A stretch of 64,000 nt of DNA from Laetmonice hystrix. Its lineage: Eukaryota. Shown here one piece after another: positions 48,926 to 62,600 of this stretch; position 1 is the first letter of the stretch, and every line of letters begins with the position of its first letter. The DNA lies in assembly GCA_965235115.1 (NCBI GenBank), contig OZ249436.1, positions 48,176,001 through 48,240,000 on the forward strand, written 5' to 3'. The notes beneath the pieces were generated by a model. That model worked only from the letters and a program-made list of their open reading frames with translations, did not search any database and was not told where the DNA came from. The position numbers and the translations under genes were made by a program.

Positions 48926-51900
48926 TAGGGCTACTTCTGTCCCAACTGTAGCTTCATGGAAGACAGGTCCGAGTCTTTAGCCGATCCTTGACCGTTCGCT
49001 ACATTTTGTAATTTTATATCAGTGGAATGGCAGGTCTTAGGCCTTTAGGCCTATGGTGGGGAGGTCAGGCTGGACCTCGATAATGGCGCCTCGTAGATTT
49101 CTTATAGAGGACAAAAGGTGAATTAATAAAGCTTCTTTCAGATTTTGCTGATGCCCTAAATTTTTACCGTAAGCCTCTTTGCACAAACAGCGTGCTGTGT
49201 GTTATATGTATGGATTGGAAACGCTCCGAGTAGAGCGATGGAGACGCTGTTACACCTGAGAAACTAGGAATCATTGCCCACCTGTATCGAGTGAACATCA
49301 TACTCACCTGTAAGCAGAATACATCTGTAGCGCCTACCTGGGTGGTAACAATCCGATAGAACATTTATCATTTACTAGGTCAGCTTACAAAATCATTCAT
49401 GGTTATCGGCCTAATAGCCAATACGAGTAGGCCTATGGACCCTTCAATAGTTTCATAACGACATAGCACCGCTCAGAAGGCGTACGCTTACACTTACGCT
49501 TACACGGAATAAAAGTTTATTTTATAGTACCTATAGATAGGTTTTCTGAACTTTGGTTTACTAACCGTCAAATTGTAACCGTTTAGAAATAATATATTGA
49601 CAACCTACCCGTTTCAAGAGGTAAAATGTATTATCGATTTCCAAATCTGGCGGGTGTTAGCTAACGACGCCCAACTTACATCTGTCTACGTCCCCAGTGC
49701 TGTGTCGACGTCAACGATTTACGTATGCTAGACGTTGTTTTATAAAGTGCTCCACAGTCACTACCTGCGCCTGCAGTGCCATTGATTCCAGCCCCTCCAC
49801 AACACGCCTGAAAGTGTGACGCGCCCGTCGGTTATTTGATAGGGTTAACAGACGACTTTTATTGTGAGATTGGCCAAGGGCGGGTCCGGAAAAGATAGTA
49901 TATGTGTCTAGGTCTATAGAAAGGAGTGGCTGTACGCCTATGCAATGCGTGGATCTAGGGGGCAGCCTTGCCGGTGCGTTTCGCCGGGCCTAGTTACATT
50001 TATCCTTCAACTGCGTCCTTTCTACCTGTTTGCTAAATGCACGGCATCACTTGTGTGACCCCTTCTGGAACTGCTCCTGCAGGCTTATGCAAGGGTTGGG
50101 TCGCTTACCCTATACCCCACTTAATATCCTTGAACCTGACGCACCCTGAATTATTCATTAGTCTGATCAAAAGAAAGGTGTCATTAATTTTGTCCGTGTT
50201 GCCCCCCCCCCTCCCCGCTGGACTGAAACTTTACCCGCCACATCTAGCTGACGCAGTACTCGCCCGGGTTAGGGAGTACCCCCCACCCACCCCCACCCCC
50301 CACCCACCCCCACCCCCCACCCCCACCCTGACACACACACAATCATAAAAGGAACGAAAAGTCGAATTCCAGTAAATGGCGGACCTTCAAGCCTCAGGGG
50401 GATAATACACCCAGCCATACAGAATGCGTTTGTATAATGTCCCTGTCAATCTAATTGTAATGTATTGTAACGACCAAGACCTATAGCAGCGATATTGTGG
50501 GTGTCTTTTATGTCTTATATTTTGTTTAAAGGGGCACGTTGTGAAAAGTTCTGAAAAGTACCAAATGCTGATTCTCTTTCCTAGGATTGGATACGGGACT
50601 CGGAAAGAAGAAAATTCTGCTTATATTAAAACCGGCGATGATTGTCACGTTTTCGCTACGTCTGTAGTAAACAAATGTAAACATTTCCCTTGTACAGCTC
50701 AGATCGTTTCAAGTTTACTTATTAAACGGCAGTAAATTGATAACACTCAGCGTAAGTTTATACGACTATAATCACACTAATGTAGGTATCAGTAAAACAC
50801 AAACACAGTTTTCTTTTCATAAAAAATGAGAACGTTTATTGTTCTCGGCTCCTGGGGAACGTTTCGCATGTAGAGTCAGTTCTCTGTAGGGACGGGGAGG
50901 TATAGCTGAGAGAGCAAGGCCTTTGGTCTGTGGCAAAGTACACGCCGTATGACAAAGACTGGGGGGGAGGGGAGAGGTCGGTGTATAAACAATACCACCA
51001 ACTAACAGACTGACGCTCCCTGGCCGCCAGGATAAGCCACAGCTTCACACACGCTCAAACTCCTAGACTGCTTCATCTCAAATTATGGCTGCCGCGCGCT
51101 CTTCTCAGCTTATTTATATGTCACGTGTATGTTCACCCTTCAATTAACAATCCTGACGCCTATAAGCAGCCAATATAACCTTTTATCGTTTCGCTTTTAA
51201 TATGAACATTGTGGGCCATTGTGTAGGACCACGGCCAATACATGCCTCTCATTGGTCTCAGTGGCGTCACGTGATGGCCGGATTAACCAATCAACAAAGC
51301 CTTGCTATCAATCACCACATGTCTGTTATATACAATGTACAATGCACTTGAAACAAATGACCAAAAGGTAGTTCGACGTTGAGATAAAATGAACTTGCTA
51401 TTCCCAAACTGTGAAAACATACCGAGTAATGTTATGTTAACACATGCAGTAAAGATGATGTTTGAGCTATGCCGACACCCTTTGGAACACCAATATTTAC
51501 TTGAACTTCTCACAATTCATTGACAGAACGCCCAAATTAAACAATGACCATCCAAGAAATACGATAACAGAGATCTCTACCTACGGGACGGTAGGTCATC
51601 TAGTGGGTTGTTGTTACAGTACAGGACAATGACATATCTGCACTTCTCTGGGGGATCAAATATACAAATTCTCATATCACGTCATACACATGTCAACACA
51701 TAGACCTCAGAAATCCTACTTAAGTCTTAAACATGAAATGAATTCATCCAATCCAATGAAATCCCATTTCATGATCTGTACAGTAATAACTTCACTGGAT
51801 TACGACATTCTAAGGAAGAGTCACCTGAGTAGTTTATATGGCGTGTTTTTATGGTATTTCTGCAAGGTTCTGGCCATAACGTGGTGTTATAGTGTATATT

Positions 51901-54900
51901 CAGATTTAATCAATAGCCTTTTATTAGATTTTAACAATAGACGCTCAAATATCCCACCGACCATGTAACATATTTCTTTTAGAAAATGTCATACAGATAT
52001 CTGATATCATAAAATCTGTGTCGGTATTAAACGCAGTGAACGGTATCCATGGTAACACATCTCTTTCCTTCCAGGAGTTCGAACCCACGTAATGCGAGAC
52101 TTACATTTCGGTCAAACTAGCCGTCTTCCTGACGGCACCAACAACAACATACAAAAGAAACAAATCCGACTTGGCCAAGGTCATTACAAGGTCATACGTA
52201 TGACGTATACTCGGAACGTTCGATAAACGAAACTTGTATACGGGCCGGCTCTATCAACGTGATATATGTACATCCATTCACAACTTACATCTCAACATTA
52301 AGACCGCAAAATATACTTCACACATTACACTGTCCAAGTAATGAATGTATGCGAATAGGCAACATAAAAATCACTGACTCCTAGTCCTCACTGATCAATG
52401 AAAGAATTCATATGAAAAGACGTGGAAAAGAGTTCTACGCCACAACGAAACCATAGAAAATACACATATTAGCAATTTATGGTAAGAAATTGGGGTCAAA
52501 ATGCCCCCTATACAAACACAGGTAGTATGTTTCACTTCAAGATGCCCACACATACAATGCCCCTGAACGAATGTGGAAGTTCCTCTAACGTGTGATGGAG
52601 GAGAGACCACAATTTAAAAAAAAAATCAGTAAAATGTGCATGTTCCGCACGCAAACGGAAATTCAGTGAACCGTTAGTTTTTGACCAACCCATTTTCTAA
52701 GATACAACAGCTCGTGTCCAATACATCCATTTATCATATGGTTGGTCAGACGTCGACACGGCCAAATGGGACAGATATTCTGGCATTGCCTACAGCTAGC
52801 TGATATCATATGTACTTATAAGGGCTTGGTAAGCTAAAGACCTTTAAATCTGTCGTCAATCCGACATAAAACAATTAGTACACAGCAAAAAGGAATCACA
52901 TAGAAATGGTGGCTAATCTCTCGGATGAGCGAGGTTGCTGCTGTCCGAGTAAGTAAACTTGGCGCCGCCTGGTGTTTGCTTCATGAACTACAACAAGAGG
53001 ACGCCACTTTCCCTCGTACTCAATGAAGCCATAAATCTATTGATGTTCCTGTGGCACATACTAAACTGAAGACACATATTTATAGAATAACCTTTGTCAA
53101 ATAAAAGGTTACCTTATAACTGTTTATACTTGGCATCAATTGTTCTGGTGAATCTAGGACTGTGTATATCGTACACGTACACTTAACACATGTACATGTA
53201 CTTTATTTTCGCATTTTAAAGTCCTGTGCAGTGTATATTATATTAGTGTATATTATATAGATTCCTGTATACCAGTGAACTTTTCTAACATGATATGACT
53301 TCACCTGCTTCATTGCTACTATATATTTTCTTCAGGGTACCGAGGAGTCTAAGAATTTAACTGTTCTGCTAGCTACACAACAGGATCTAAACATAGGTAG
53401 AAAATGTTGAGCAATCAATCAGCAAGTGCATCCTAACAGAGACTGAAGGGTTAATTTGGTCTATTTTCCTCATTACTACATAGGTTATTTATACAATTTG
53501 ATGATTGATATCAGTCATACTATCCCGGAGGCACCTGCGAATAAGACACTCGTGACTCGCATAAACATTTTACCTAATGAAAAAGCCTATTTCAACAAAG
53601 TACGATGAAGGTTTCCATCATGGAAACTTGACAATAAACTTTGTAAACCGTTGTGCACAGGGAATCGTGCATCTTCTACCACAACAACTGCATTTATAAC
53701 CTGCAGCACATTAGGCTGATCTCAACAGCTGGATATTGACAGAAAACAAATGGAAACCGCTCGATTAGTTTAACATTTCACTAAAATGTAATCGGGTTTC
53801 AGTCAAAAGAAATTACCGGTAAATTTTCTTAATTAAGCATCATCGATCACAAACATCAAACGCTTTGGTCCAGGACAACATGGAATGTCAAAACCGTATG
53901 GAGGAAAAAGGTTAATATCGTGTACAGAATGGGGACTTTCTAAATACTGGGATAAAAAAAAAGTTTGTTAAAAGATAACTTTGACACCCAACCCTGTCCC
54001 TTGAATAAATGAATCTTCCTTTAATACCCAGACGTTTGTCATACCAATGTACGCAGGTCAACTGAAAGCAACCGTTTTCCCGCCATAACTAACACATTCA
54101 CCGTGGCACGATATACACATGATGTAATCATGAGCATAGGCGCCAGAAGATATTTAAAGAAAGGGGGTCGGGCAGATCCCATACCACCGGGATTATCGGC
54201 AACATTTCTCACCGCCAGGTGGCTCTCATCGTCAGTTCATTCTAATGTTTGACACCAGATGTCGCTGTGCACCGGTACCCGCCGATTTGGCAATCTCCGT
54301 CAAATGTAGTATGAGCGGACTGTGGAAGTTCATGAGTTAGTCCTGATCAGACTGGTAGGTTTTGTCTGGAGTTCATTCTAATAATCTCTGTTTCTTACTC
54401 ATGTGTTAATACCGAGAGTTCTGAGGAATTGTTCACCAACTCTTACAAATAATGACAACTTGTACTCATCACTACTATAAAACACTTCAAGTACGTACAC
54501 CCAGAGTTCATGTTCTCCTATAGTTACTTGCTGCCAGCACAGGGTTGGGCTTTGTCCACAACTACCTTTCCACAGTACAAAAGTAAAAACAGAAGTGGTT
54601 TGGGATTATTCCTGGAAGGTCAAACCTTACTCGTCGGGAAGTTTGACCTTTCATTACTTTTTTTTCACCTTTCGAAAACGTTCAGGTGTTTGGGGAACCG
54701 ACGCGCCTTTAACTTCAGTTCCAAAGCCCATGACGTATTTAACAGAACGATAGCTGTTCGGGTCAGTACTCTATGTTACTGTAGATGGCAGTGTGATTAT
54801 GACTATATATTGGCACTTGCGATGTTAATGTATACATATAAACAGTCAATAATAATCCAATTCATTCAATTTAGGAGAAAGCATTCCACCATAACGACAA

Positions 54901-55609
54901 GCCTTTCAGTAAAACATCATTACAACCACACACATCCTACCAAGGTGGGCGGCATTTCGTATTCCGCTCAACACTGTCAAGTTCTCATGGCATAACTGTA
55001 TATAAACTGACCATGAGTGAAAGTTAACGGGTCATTGCTGCATCCCGTTCTACGAATTTATGCAAGGAATTTGTATTTCAAGCTTTTGTGAAGCATTTCA
55101 CACCTAAGCTCTTTAAAAATGTCATCAAGCCAATCAAATTTCATGAATCAAGCAGCTATATATTGGAGGGGGGAGGGGTTGTTTCCATTATCTCATATGT
55201 CCACGGGTAAAGACTCAAGTGTATTAACTATTGGGCTGCTATACTGTTCTGGACGCGTTCCTCGGGTAGTTCCACATATACTGTTTCAGGCGTCAGTCAG
55301 TTTGTGTAAAGTGAACGATCTAACAAACAGCGATTTGACCCAAATTTGGGGAGTCGGAACACTACCACCGGCACATTTGATCCTATATAATTATGCTTCC
55401 TTGTCGGCGTGTGTCTATGTAATGTTAGATTTTCCTCTATCACACTGAACGCTAATATCCGTTCACATTTTGACCACGGCTTCCCAAGACAACACACAGA
55501 TCTATGTATATATCCAAACAAGTTTTCTAATTCTGACAGCATCATGACTGAAGCTGTTTATGAAATCGGTAAATGCAGTCAGCTATGTGTCTCCATACTG
55601 GTGGCATAT

Positions 55610-55698
55610 TGATCCAGTCCCTGGTGAAACAGATCCAGTCCCAGGTGAAACTGATCCAGTCCCTGGTCAAACTGATCCAGTCCCAGGTGAAACAGATC
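55610..55698. repeat. 21-bp tandem repeat, ~4 copies
   Basis: gatccagtccc(t/a)ggt(g/c)aaac(a/t) repeated. Confidence 0.9.
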
Positions 55699-57533
55699 AT
55701 ACCTGGAGTGGAGAGTTTACAAAAGTACGATGATGGTATTTACAAACATCTTGTTTAATACAACTTTCCATGATTTAAGGGAGGCAATTATGACAGGCCT
55801 AAGACGATATAAAATATAGTAATTATACCGGTTTGAATTATGTTTTAAAAAAACAGCCCCCAAAAACCTGAACAGCGGCTTGCAAATACAGCTATATTCC
55901 CTAAACCATCTTGATCTTGATTTTTGTCCCTAAAGAAGAGGGTTTTCCTAATTTTAAACCATTACATGTGTATTTCCAATTTCAAGTCTCATGATGCTAC
56001 CTTTTAAATGTATTCATAAAATGTGAAATCAACTCTTCAAAATTTACTTATGGTTTCATGAGCGTCAAGTATCTTTCGTCATTAGATGTTGTGGAGGGAA
56101 TGTGAACAAACACTAAGACGAACCGGTCACTGGTTATGAAGATGATGATTTACGAATTTCATCCCTATTTGTCCTGTTTTCCACTGACCAGGAAAACACA
56201 ATGGGACTGTCCCATTGACAACATCTCTCCAACAATGCCAAGGTGAGCTCTACGTGTGGACTCATCACTGACTAAATGCCGAACCCACAGCATACACCCT
56301 CGGAATACGGTACATTCTTCCCTCTTATATACAGCAAAGTCCCTTGTAAGTAGCACAAAATAATTTCTTTGTACATTCAATGGAATCCTTCTATGTACAA
56401 TATTATATATGGCAGCCTCTCTATATGTTACAAATGACATGAAAAAATACATTTACTAAGTTGGTTGATCATATCAAAAGACATATTCATTTGTCTTAGC
56501 ATTGAAATATGATCTGACTGATTATGAAACAAACCTTAGGTGAAATACAGCCTGCAGACTTAAAATGTACACATAAAACCATACGCAGTGTATGTGCATA
56601 GTGCCTCCGATGTCCTATTTATGTACAGTTGTCTTCCATCATAACATCGAGTCTGCCCTCAGGACTACGGCTACAAAATCTTTACACGGGTAATTAACAA
56701 AAATACTACGGTCATATTATTAAAATCAATTCCCTTCAGAGTATAAGTCGCTGGGAAGTTACCTTAATCGTTATGATATTTCGTCAAGCTATCCTATGTG
56801 GGTTCAAACCCGCACGTTCTACCAAGTTTCTCAGATTGTCAAGGTAGGTCATATGCTTGGTATAAACCATTTTACTTACTAAACTTACGACATGCCCCAG
56901 CATCAAAATATAAGTAAAAAGAGCTTAGTCATGGGAAAATACGGCGTTTGCCTAGGTCATGGAAATGTAATGGTAAACCCCTTGAAAACTGAAACAATAG
57001 AAAAGATCTGTAACCATAATCTGAGAGGGAAAGGTCATATAAAAACAGATATATCTTCTGTCGCCTTAATATCACAACATAAATGATATTTTATTTCTAT
57101 TTTCAAGGGAACTGAGCAGATTCGGTAGAATGTGACACGAATAAAACTTCATGTTACATCCAATTCTAACCTCTGAGAAACATTCTTTATCAGATATCTA
57201 CACAAAAATAATATTATTCAGCAAGAATTCTTAGCCTAAAACATCTTGCTTGTGTGGGTGTGCGTGCGTGGGCCCAGTGAGTGTACACATAATAACAATG
57301 GATTTCCTATCAAGTTCTGGCATGCCACGATGGAAGACAACATTATAAATATACTTTATAAAACAGACCTAGAAGGGCGCGGCCATATTATAGTAGAATC
57401 GTAACACTGACTGGGAAGAGCCAGCAGGTAGCAGCAGCAGGAGGAGTCGCAGCAACAGCAGCAGTAGTAGTAGAAGTAGTCGAGTTTTACCATAATCCAG
57501 ACCTACCCACACACCCACTGCCCTGCACTGCCC

Positions 57534-58103
57534 TCATTGTAACATGATAGAGACAAGATTATGTTGTAAAATGGTATCTTTGACAGCCTGGAATACAAAC
57601 TTAATGTTTTCAGTGTCCACTGCCGTTGTGAAGTGATGAAACAGCGGTTTGCTTCGTTCTCGCCGCCGAGAATCGAGCAGGTCTAATTCAAACTTTTGCA
57701 CATCTTCTAAGCAGTGTGGGTTTCCGTTGAATTGTGGGAAATAGTCTTTAATCGAGACATCCTTGATTTTCTCCTCCAGGAGGTCGGTCTTGTTGAGGAA
57801 TAAGATAACCGACACGTTGGAGAAGGCCTTGTTGTTGACTATCGTCTCGAAGATAGAGGCGGACTCGACGAGCCGGTTTGACTTACGATCCTCCATGAGT
57901 ACCTGATCGAACTCAGACGAGGAGACCAAGAAGAGAATAGACGTAACACTGTCGAAACACTGGTACCAGTTGAGCCGTTGTGAGCGCTGGCCGCCCACGT
58001 CGACAAATCGGAATGGCACACCCTTGATGTGAAACTCACATTCCCAGATGCCCTTGGTGGCCTTCCTCGCATGGAGAATGTCCTTCTTCACTGGAATGTA
58101 TCC
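57534..58103 (-). CDS. GNA12/13: G protein alpha subunit, G12/13 class (concertina-like), last coding exon; upstream exons not found in window
   Basis: Acceptor tttgcag|[15 protein letters not shown] (switch I), [58 protein letters not shown]-terminus IMLQ* characteristic of G12/13. Confidence 0.95.
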   Translation of the reverse strand, partial: GYIPVKKDILHARKATKGIWECEFHIKGVPFRFVDVGGQRSQRLNWYQCFDSVTSILFLVSSSEFDQVLMEDRKSNRLVESASIFETIVNNKAFSNVSVILFLNKTDLLEEKIKDVSIKDYFPQFNGNPHCLEDVQKFELDLLDSRRRERSKPLFHHFTTAVDTENIKFVFQAVKDTILQHNLVSIMLQ

Positions 58104-59451
58104 CTGCAAACAAACAGTTTAATCATCATCACCGTCTTCTATATTCTCATGCTAACTTTAACCTTAAATCGAGTTCTTGCTAGTTATTTTTCTTTTATTC
58201 CAATGGGGGGGGGGGCAGAATCCATATGTGATAATTTCTGTAAAATTTTGTTTAGGCATGTTATGGTGCTGTGCTGTTAGAAAGGACTTTCAAAAATTAA
58301 GCCTGCAGGAGTGGAGGCTCGATACACATAGATATCCCCCTTTTTTTCTCACACTGAAATTTCTGAAATGAACAATTGGGCCCCTCCCCCTTTAAAACCA
58401 CTGGATCCGGCCTTGACACCTGAGAAGGATTTATGTGGATAAGTACAAGAAAGATTGAATCCCCCCCCCTGGTTTTTTGATAAGATGACGCCGCCAGAAC
58501 GCTAGGTTCAGGGACGCCAAGCCAGGACCGTGTTGGCTAGACCCCGTTATATACTACTATAGCATAATGTAACCTTCCCGACAAGGACCCGGATACAGAT
58601 AGCCGAGGAGCTACCATTGTGAACTTACTGGGACAGCCGCTTGGAGGAGAGGAGGGGGCGGGCGGGGGGCGGGGGGTAGGGGGCAGGGGGCGGGTCTAAG
58701 GGGCTAGGTCGGTGAACCAACCTTAGCCACTGCGGTAATATAATTATATTTTTATCAAATGTTTACTTATGTCGTATTCTACTAAGTGCACAGAATGCTT
58801 TGGAATAAAAGATCATTTCTATTACATTTATTTGATGACAAAAAAGGGGATTCTATTATTCTTAGGGCATGTATGCCTAAAAATGCGTTAGAAATACTGC
58901 CAAATAAACGAACTCATAGAGTAATATAAACAAACACGAAGTGAATGCAGCATGTGGGGCACTGTCAGCCAAGAATTGTATATATTTGCCCTCAGTCAGG
59001 GTACATTAACTTCAGGAAGCATTAGAAGTCAGCTATGGGATTCCTAAAAAAGGACTCATTACGTTATTAGTGAGACCAGAATTCAGGCTGCACTGACTAC
59101 AATTTCGTATGTAAATACACATGTATTAGCATATACAAAGCCGGATAAAGTCTCTAGACTTTGTCACACATTGACAGTTTAATCCTTAGAGTACATTTAC
59201 CGTCATATTCTTGCCTTGACAAGCCAAACTGCTAAATATAGCCGGCAAAAGTCCATGTAAACAGCCAACTGAAACAGTACCACGACCTGCATGGGGGTCA
59301 TTGATCCGACCTTGAATACATTGCCAGCCAAGCCCACATCGCAAGGAATACGGGAAATAGGGAATTCTTTTTCTACAAAATACTTCCAGGCATTTGTTTC
59401 GTTTTCAAACATCAATATTCAACCGTTGTGAATGTGATATATTTTGTATAC

Positions 59452-59639
59452 CAGTGGTTCCAAAACCAAGGCTGGCGAGTGGCGACCCAAACTGGGGTCG
59501 CCCAAGATGGAACAAAATTACCCCTACTAGCATTTTGGTTGCTAGGAAGAGATAGTATTTGGGGCCGTAATTTAAAAATATATCTAGCTAATTATATATG
59601 TATTGTATATAATAAAAAAGAGAACATTGGCAACCACTG
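59452..59639. mobile_element. hAT-like MITE (cagtggtt TIR, degenerate 8-bp TSD)
   Basis: ttgtatac|cagtggttcc ... ggcaaccactg|ctttatac; internal ggcgaccc/gggtcgcc motifs. Confidence 0.6.
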
Positions 59640-62600
59640 CTTTATACTGTCTACCTGTATTACCATTACAACATGACGTTTGACGTCAAGTCCTGATAGC
59701 GGTCATCCAAGCAGGCGGTCCGTGGACCACTAATCACTTTGTCGTCGGTCTGACCAAGTAGCCGGGCTGTCTGACGGTATGTTTTACGACCACACTTGGT
59801 ACCAGGCCAGTCTAACCCAACCCACTTATCACTGTTATTCAGTACATGTATAACAAGACAGAGCTCTGGCCTAATGTACGGATGACCTTCAATTATAGGA
59901 CCAGTGCTGCCCTCTGGTATTATGAGGAGGTGACCCAAGATTCTAGCAGCCTAATTCACGATAAGACATGCAATGGCAACATAAACATGCATGTAAATCG
60001 TTTTTCGCATAAGGTGACCTCGATGTCACCAATATCATGACACAGGTTACTTTAAAAAATAAATGGTAGATCTTTGCATTGTTGGGGGGTATACCTGCAG
60101 GACAGTCCACCAGTAAAACCTTCCTGTCTTATTCCTCTTTGGTCTATAAAGGTACCCAAGCCTGAATGCATAATTTATTGGTATTTTTTTCTTTGCAACT
60201 ACAAGAAAAGATGTTACTTGTTAGGGGCACAAAATATATACCATGATAAACGAAATATTCAGAGCCAGGAACCAAATGTGAACCCTAATCATAAAATGGT
60301 CTACTCGATTCGAGCTCAATTCAAATGGCCTGCAAGCCAATCCTGTGTCATTCTCTGACTCTTGTGCTTTTCCTAAATTGTTCCCTTCACAAATTACACA
60401 AAGAACCTGCAGGCATGCAGCGTTACAACTCGACTTCACGATCGAGGTTCACACAGCCTCTAGTGGCGCGAGTTAACGGCTGGGATTCCTCGCGAACTGA
60501 GCTCTGTCAATGGCGGCGAACAGTACCATAATCTTCCGTGTTTGAGCCGCATTCTTTTCACCTAAAATTGATCACATATCGGGAGTACGGCTTATACATG
60601 GCCACATGTGTTTGGAGACCAAGTCATTGTTTCTAATGGCTTGGTAAAGCAATGGGCTGGGGTTTTAACAATGGGAGGTGACGGTAATAATGGCCCCTGG
60701 ACAGCGACTTTCACTCTATGACTTTTAACACTATAGCCGGGCTGTCCCAACTCTGCTATATTTAGCATACGAGACTTTCTTCCTATGACTTTCCCAGAAA
60801 AGAATGGCCTGCCGCTTATATATTTGCCCGGCCTAGACAGGATTACGGGAGCTGAGAGGGTCGTCTTTGTTTTTTGTCGGTCACTGACCGTGTCGTAACC
60901 CCCCCCCCCCTCCCGCTGGCCCAGTTTGGTACGGTACCAGTGGTCACTTGGTCTCACAGCCGACCAACCCAGCTGACCGACCCGGCAAACCTTTGACTGT
61001 GTCAGTGTGAGAGTTTGTTCCTCCACGACCATATGATCGGCCCACTACTCCCAATCAACCGACCGACTGGCCTACTGTCAGGATCATGGACTGACTGACA
61101 GCACACCTCCAACATACGCGGATGTGTGTGGCCGACCCCGCTCTACACACACCGACACCCCCACCCACCCAACCCTCACTGATCCCCGCGTGTCCTCACG
61201 ACAAACTTCAGCTGAATCACTCACCGATCGTGCCAACACTGACGAAAATAGCACAACAGAAAGTAAAAAAAGAAAGAAAACTGTTTCAATAATCATCTGC
61301 TATTAGAAGACCATTTCCTGTATGTTTTGGGAATTATGAGGGTCCTCTTCCAATAATCCTGGGAAAAAAACATAAGGAGAGTGTACGTGCTTTAATTGTC
61401 AATAAGAATGGCGGGCATGGAGCTTCCATAAAGTAAAACATCGTTTTGGGCTTGCCAAAACCACACTTGTCACGTCTTAGGTCATGAACGAGGTGTGAGT
61501 AAGAGAGATTGCGAATTACTTGAATAGAACTTTCCAGAACAATTCTAGAAAATATTAATAGATAACGCTTTCCTTAAGATAAAACGACGGTACAATGTAT
61601 TTATCTGTCTGTCTGTGGCAATCAGCATCAAAATGTCAGCAACCGCGATGAGAAAAAGAATTAATAACACAATAAGGTTTACTGGTATCTTCCTCGGTTG
61701 TGCTTTATGTAAATTTCATGTTTTCTTGAGATTCTCATCAATTTCGAATTTTTAGTACCTGTTGTATACCCTATAGATAACCCCCCCCCCCCTCCAATCG
61801 CCCCACCTGGGTTATGTAATCCCAAGATGACGTAACCGAATGTCTCACCGATTAAGTACCCTGCTACTGTGAGTTGCTAATCCCCGTCATTCAATGCTAA
61901 CACAGCCATATATGGTACCGGCGTCGACTGGTATACAAAATAGGCTTACAAAAAATAGGTCACCGTGCTCGCTCCGACTATAAATGAGCGAAAAAATCTG
62001 TTTATAGGCAGTATCATCATGGAGAGAATGACAAGTAAGGGTGGGATTGAAATCAGAGAGTTCCGACGACCTCGGAGAGTTTCACCTAGCGGGATTTTCT
62101 GACACTACCTGATCTACCATGTCAGCATTATTTGTCAGCGTCATTAAATGGCACGGGGTGAAGGGGCGGTGTGGGAAACTACCCTTATTACCCTTAATCA
62201 GCTTCAGTTTACACCGCCACCCCCTGAACAAGTATCTCGTATTTCACATTTCATCAGGTATTTTTGTTTTTAATAAATATTGCTGCGTCATCATTTTCTC
62301 GATGGGGTCAGGACAACTGAATATACTGCACACTATGTCTGTGACAGTCAACTTATGGCCATAGTAACAGTACCTTTTGCGCTTTATTCTATACTCGTTG
62401 CTAGGACCCTTTGGCTTGATATCAGAGCAACCAACGACGAGGGGGGGATTAGGCTACACTCGCAATACTCGGGCCTAATGCCCCGTACGTGTGGGTAATA
62501 GACCCCATTTATAAAACATTATTTGCTCTATTTTCTTTGTTCTATTTTCTATTTTTTTCCAATAAATTTGCTGTGGTTTTATTGACAGCGACGTGTTTTT

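Noticed and set aside
50255..50335. Minus-strand ccctaaccc as a telomerase RNA template
   Set aside because: No pseudoknot U/A tracts or H/ACA domain recognised; the context looks like a GC-run repeat end.
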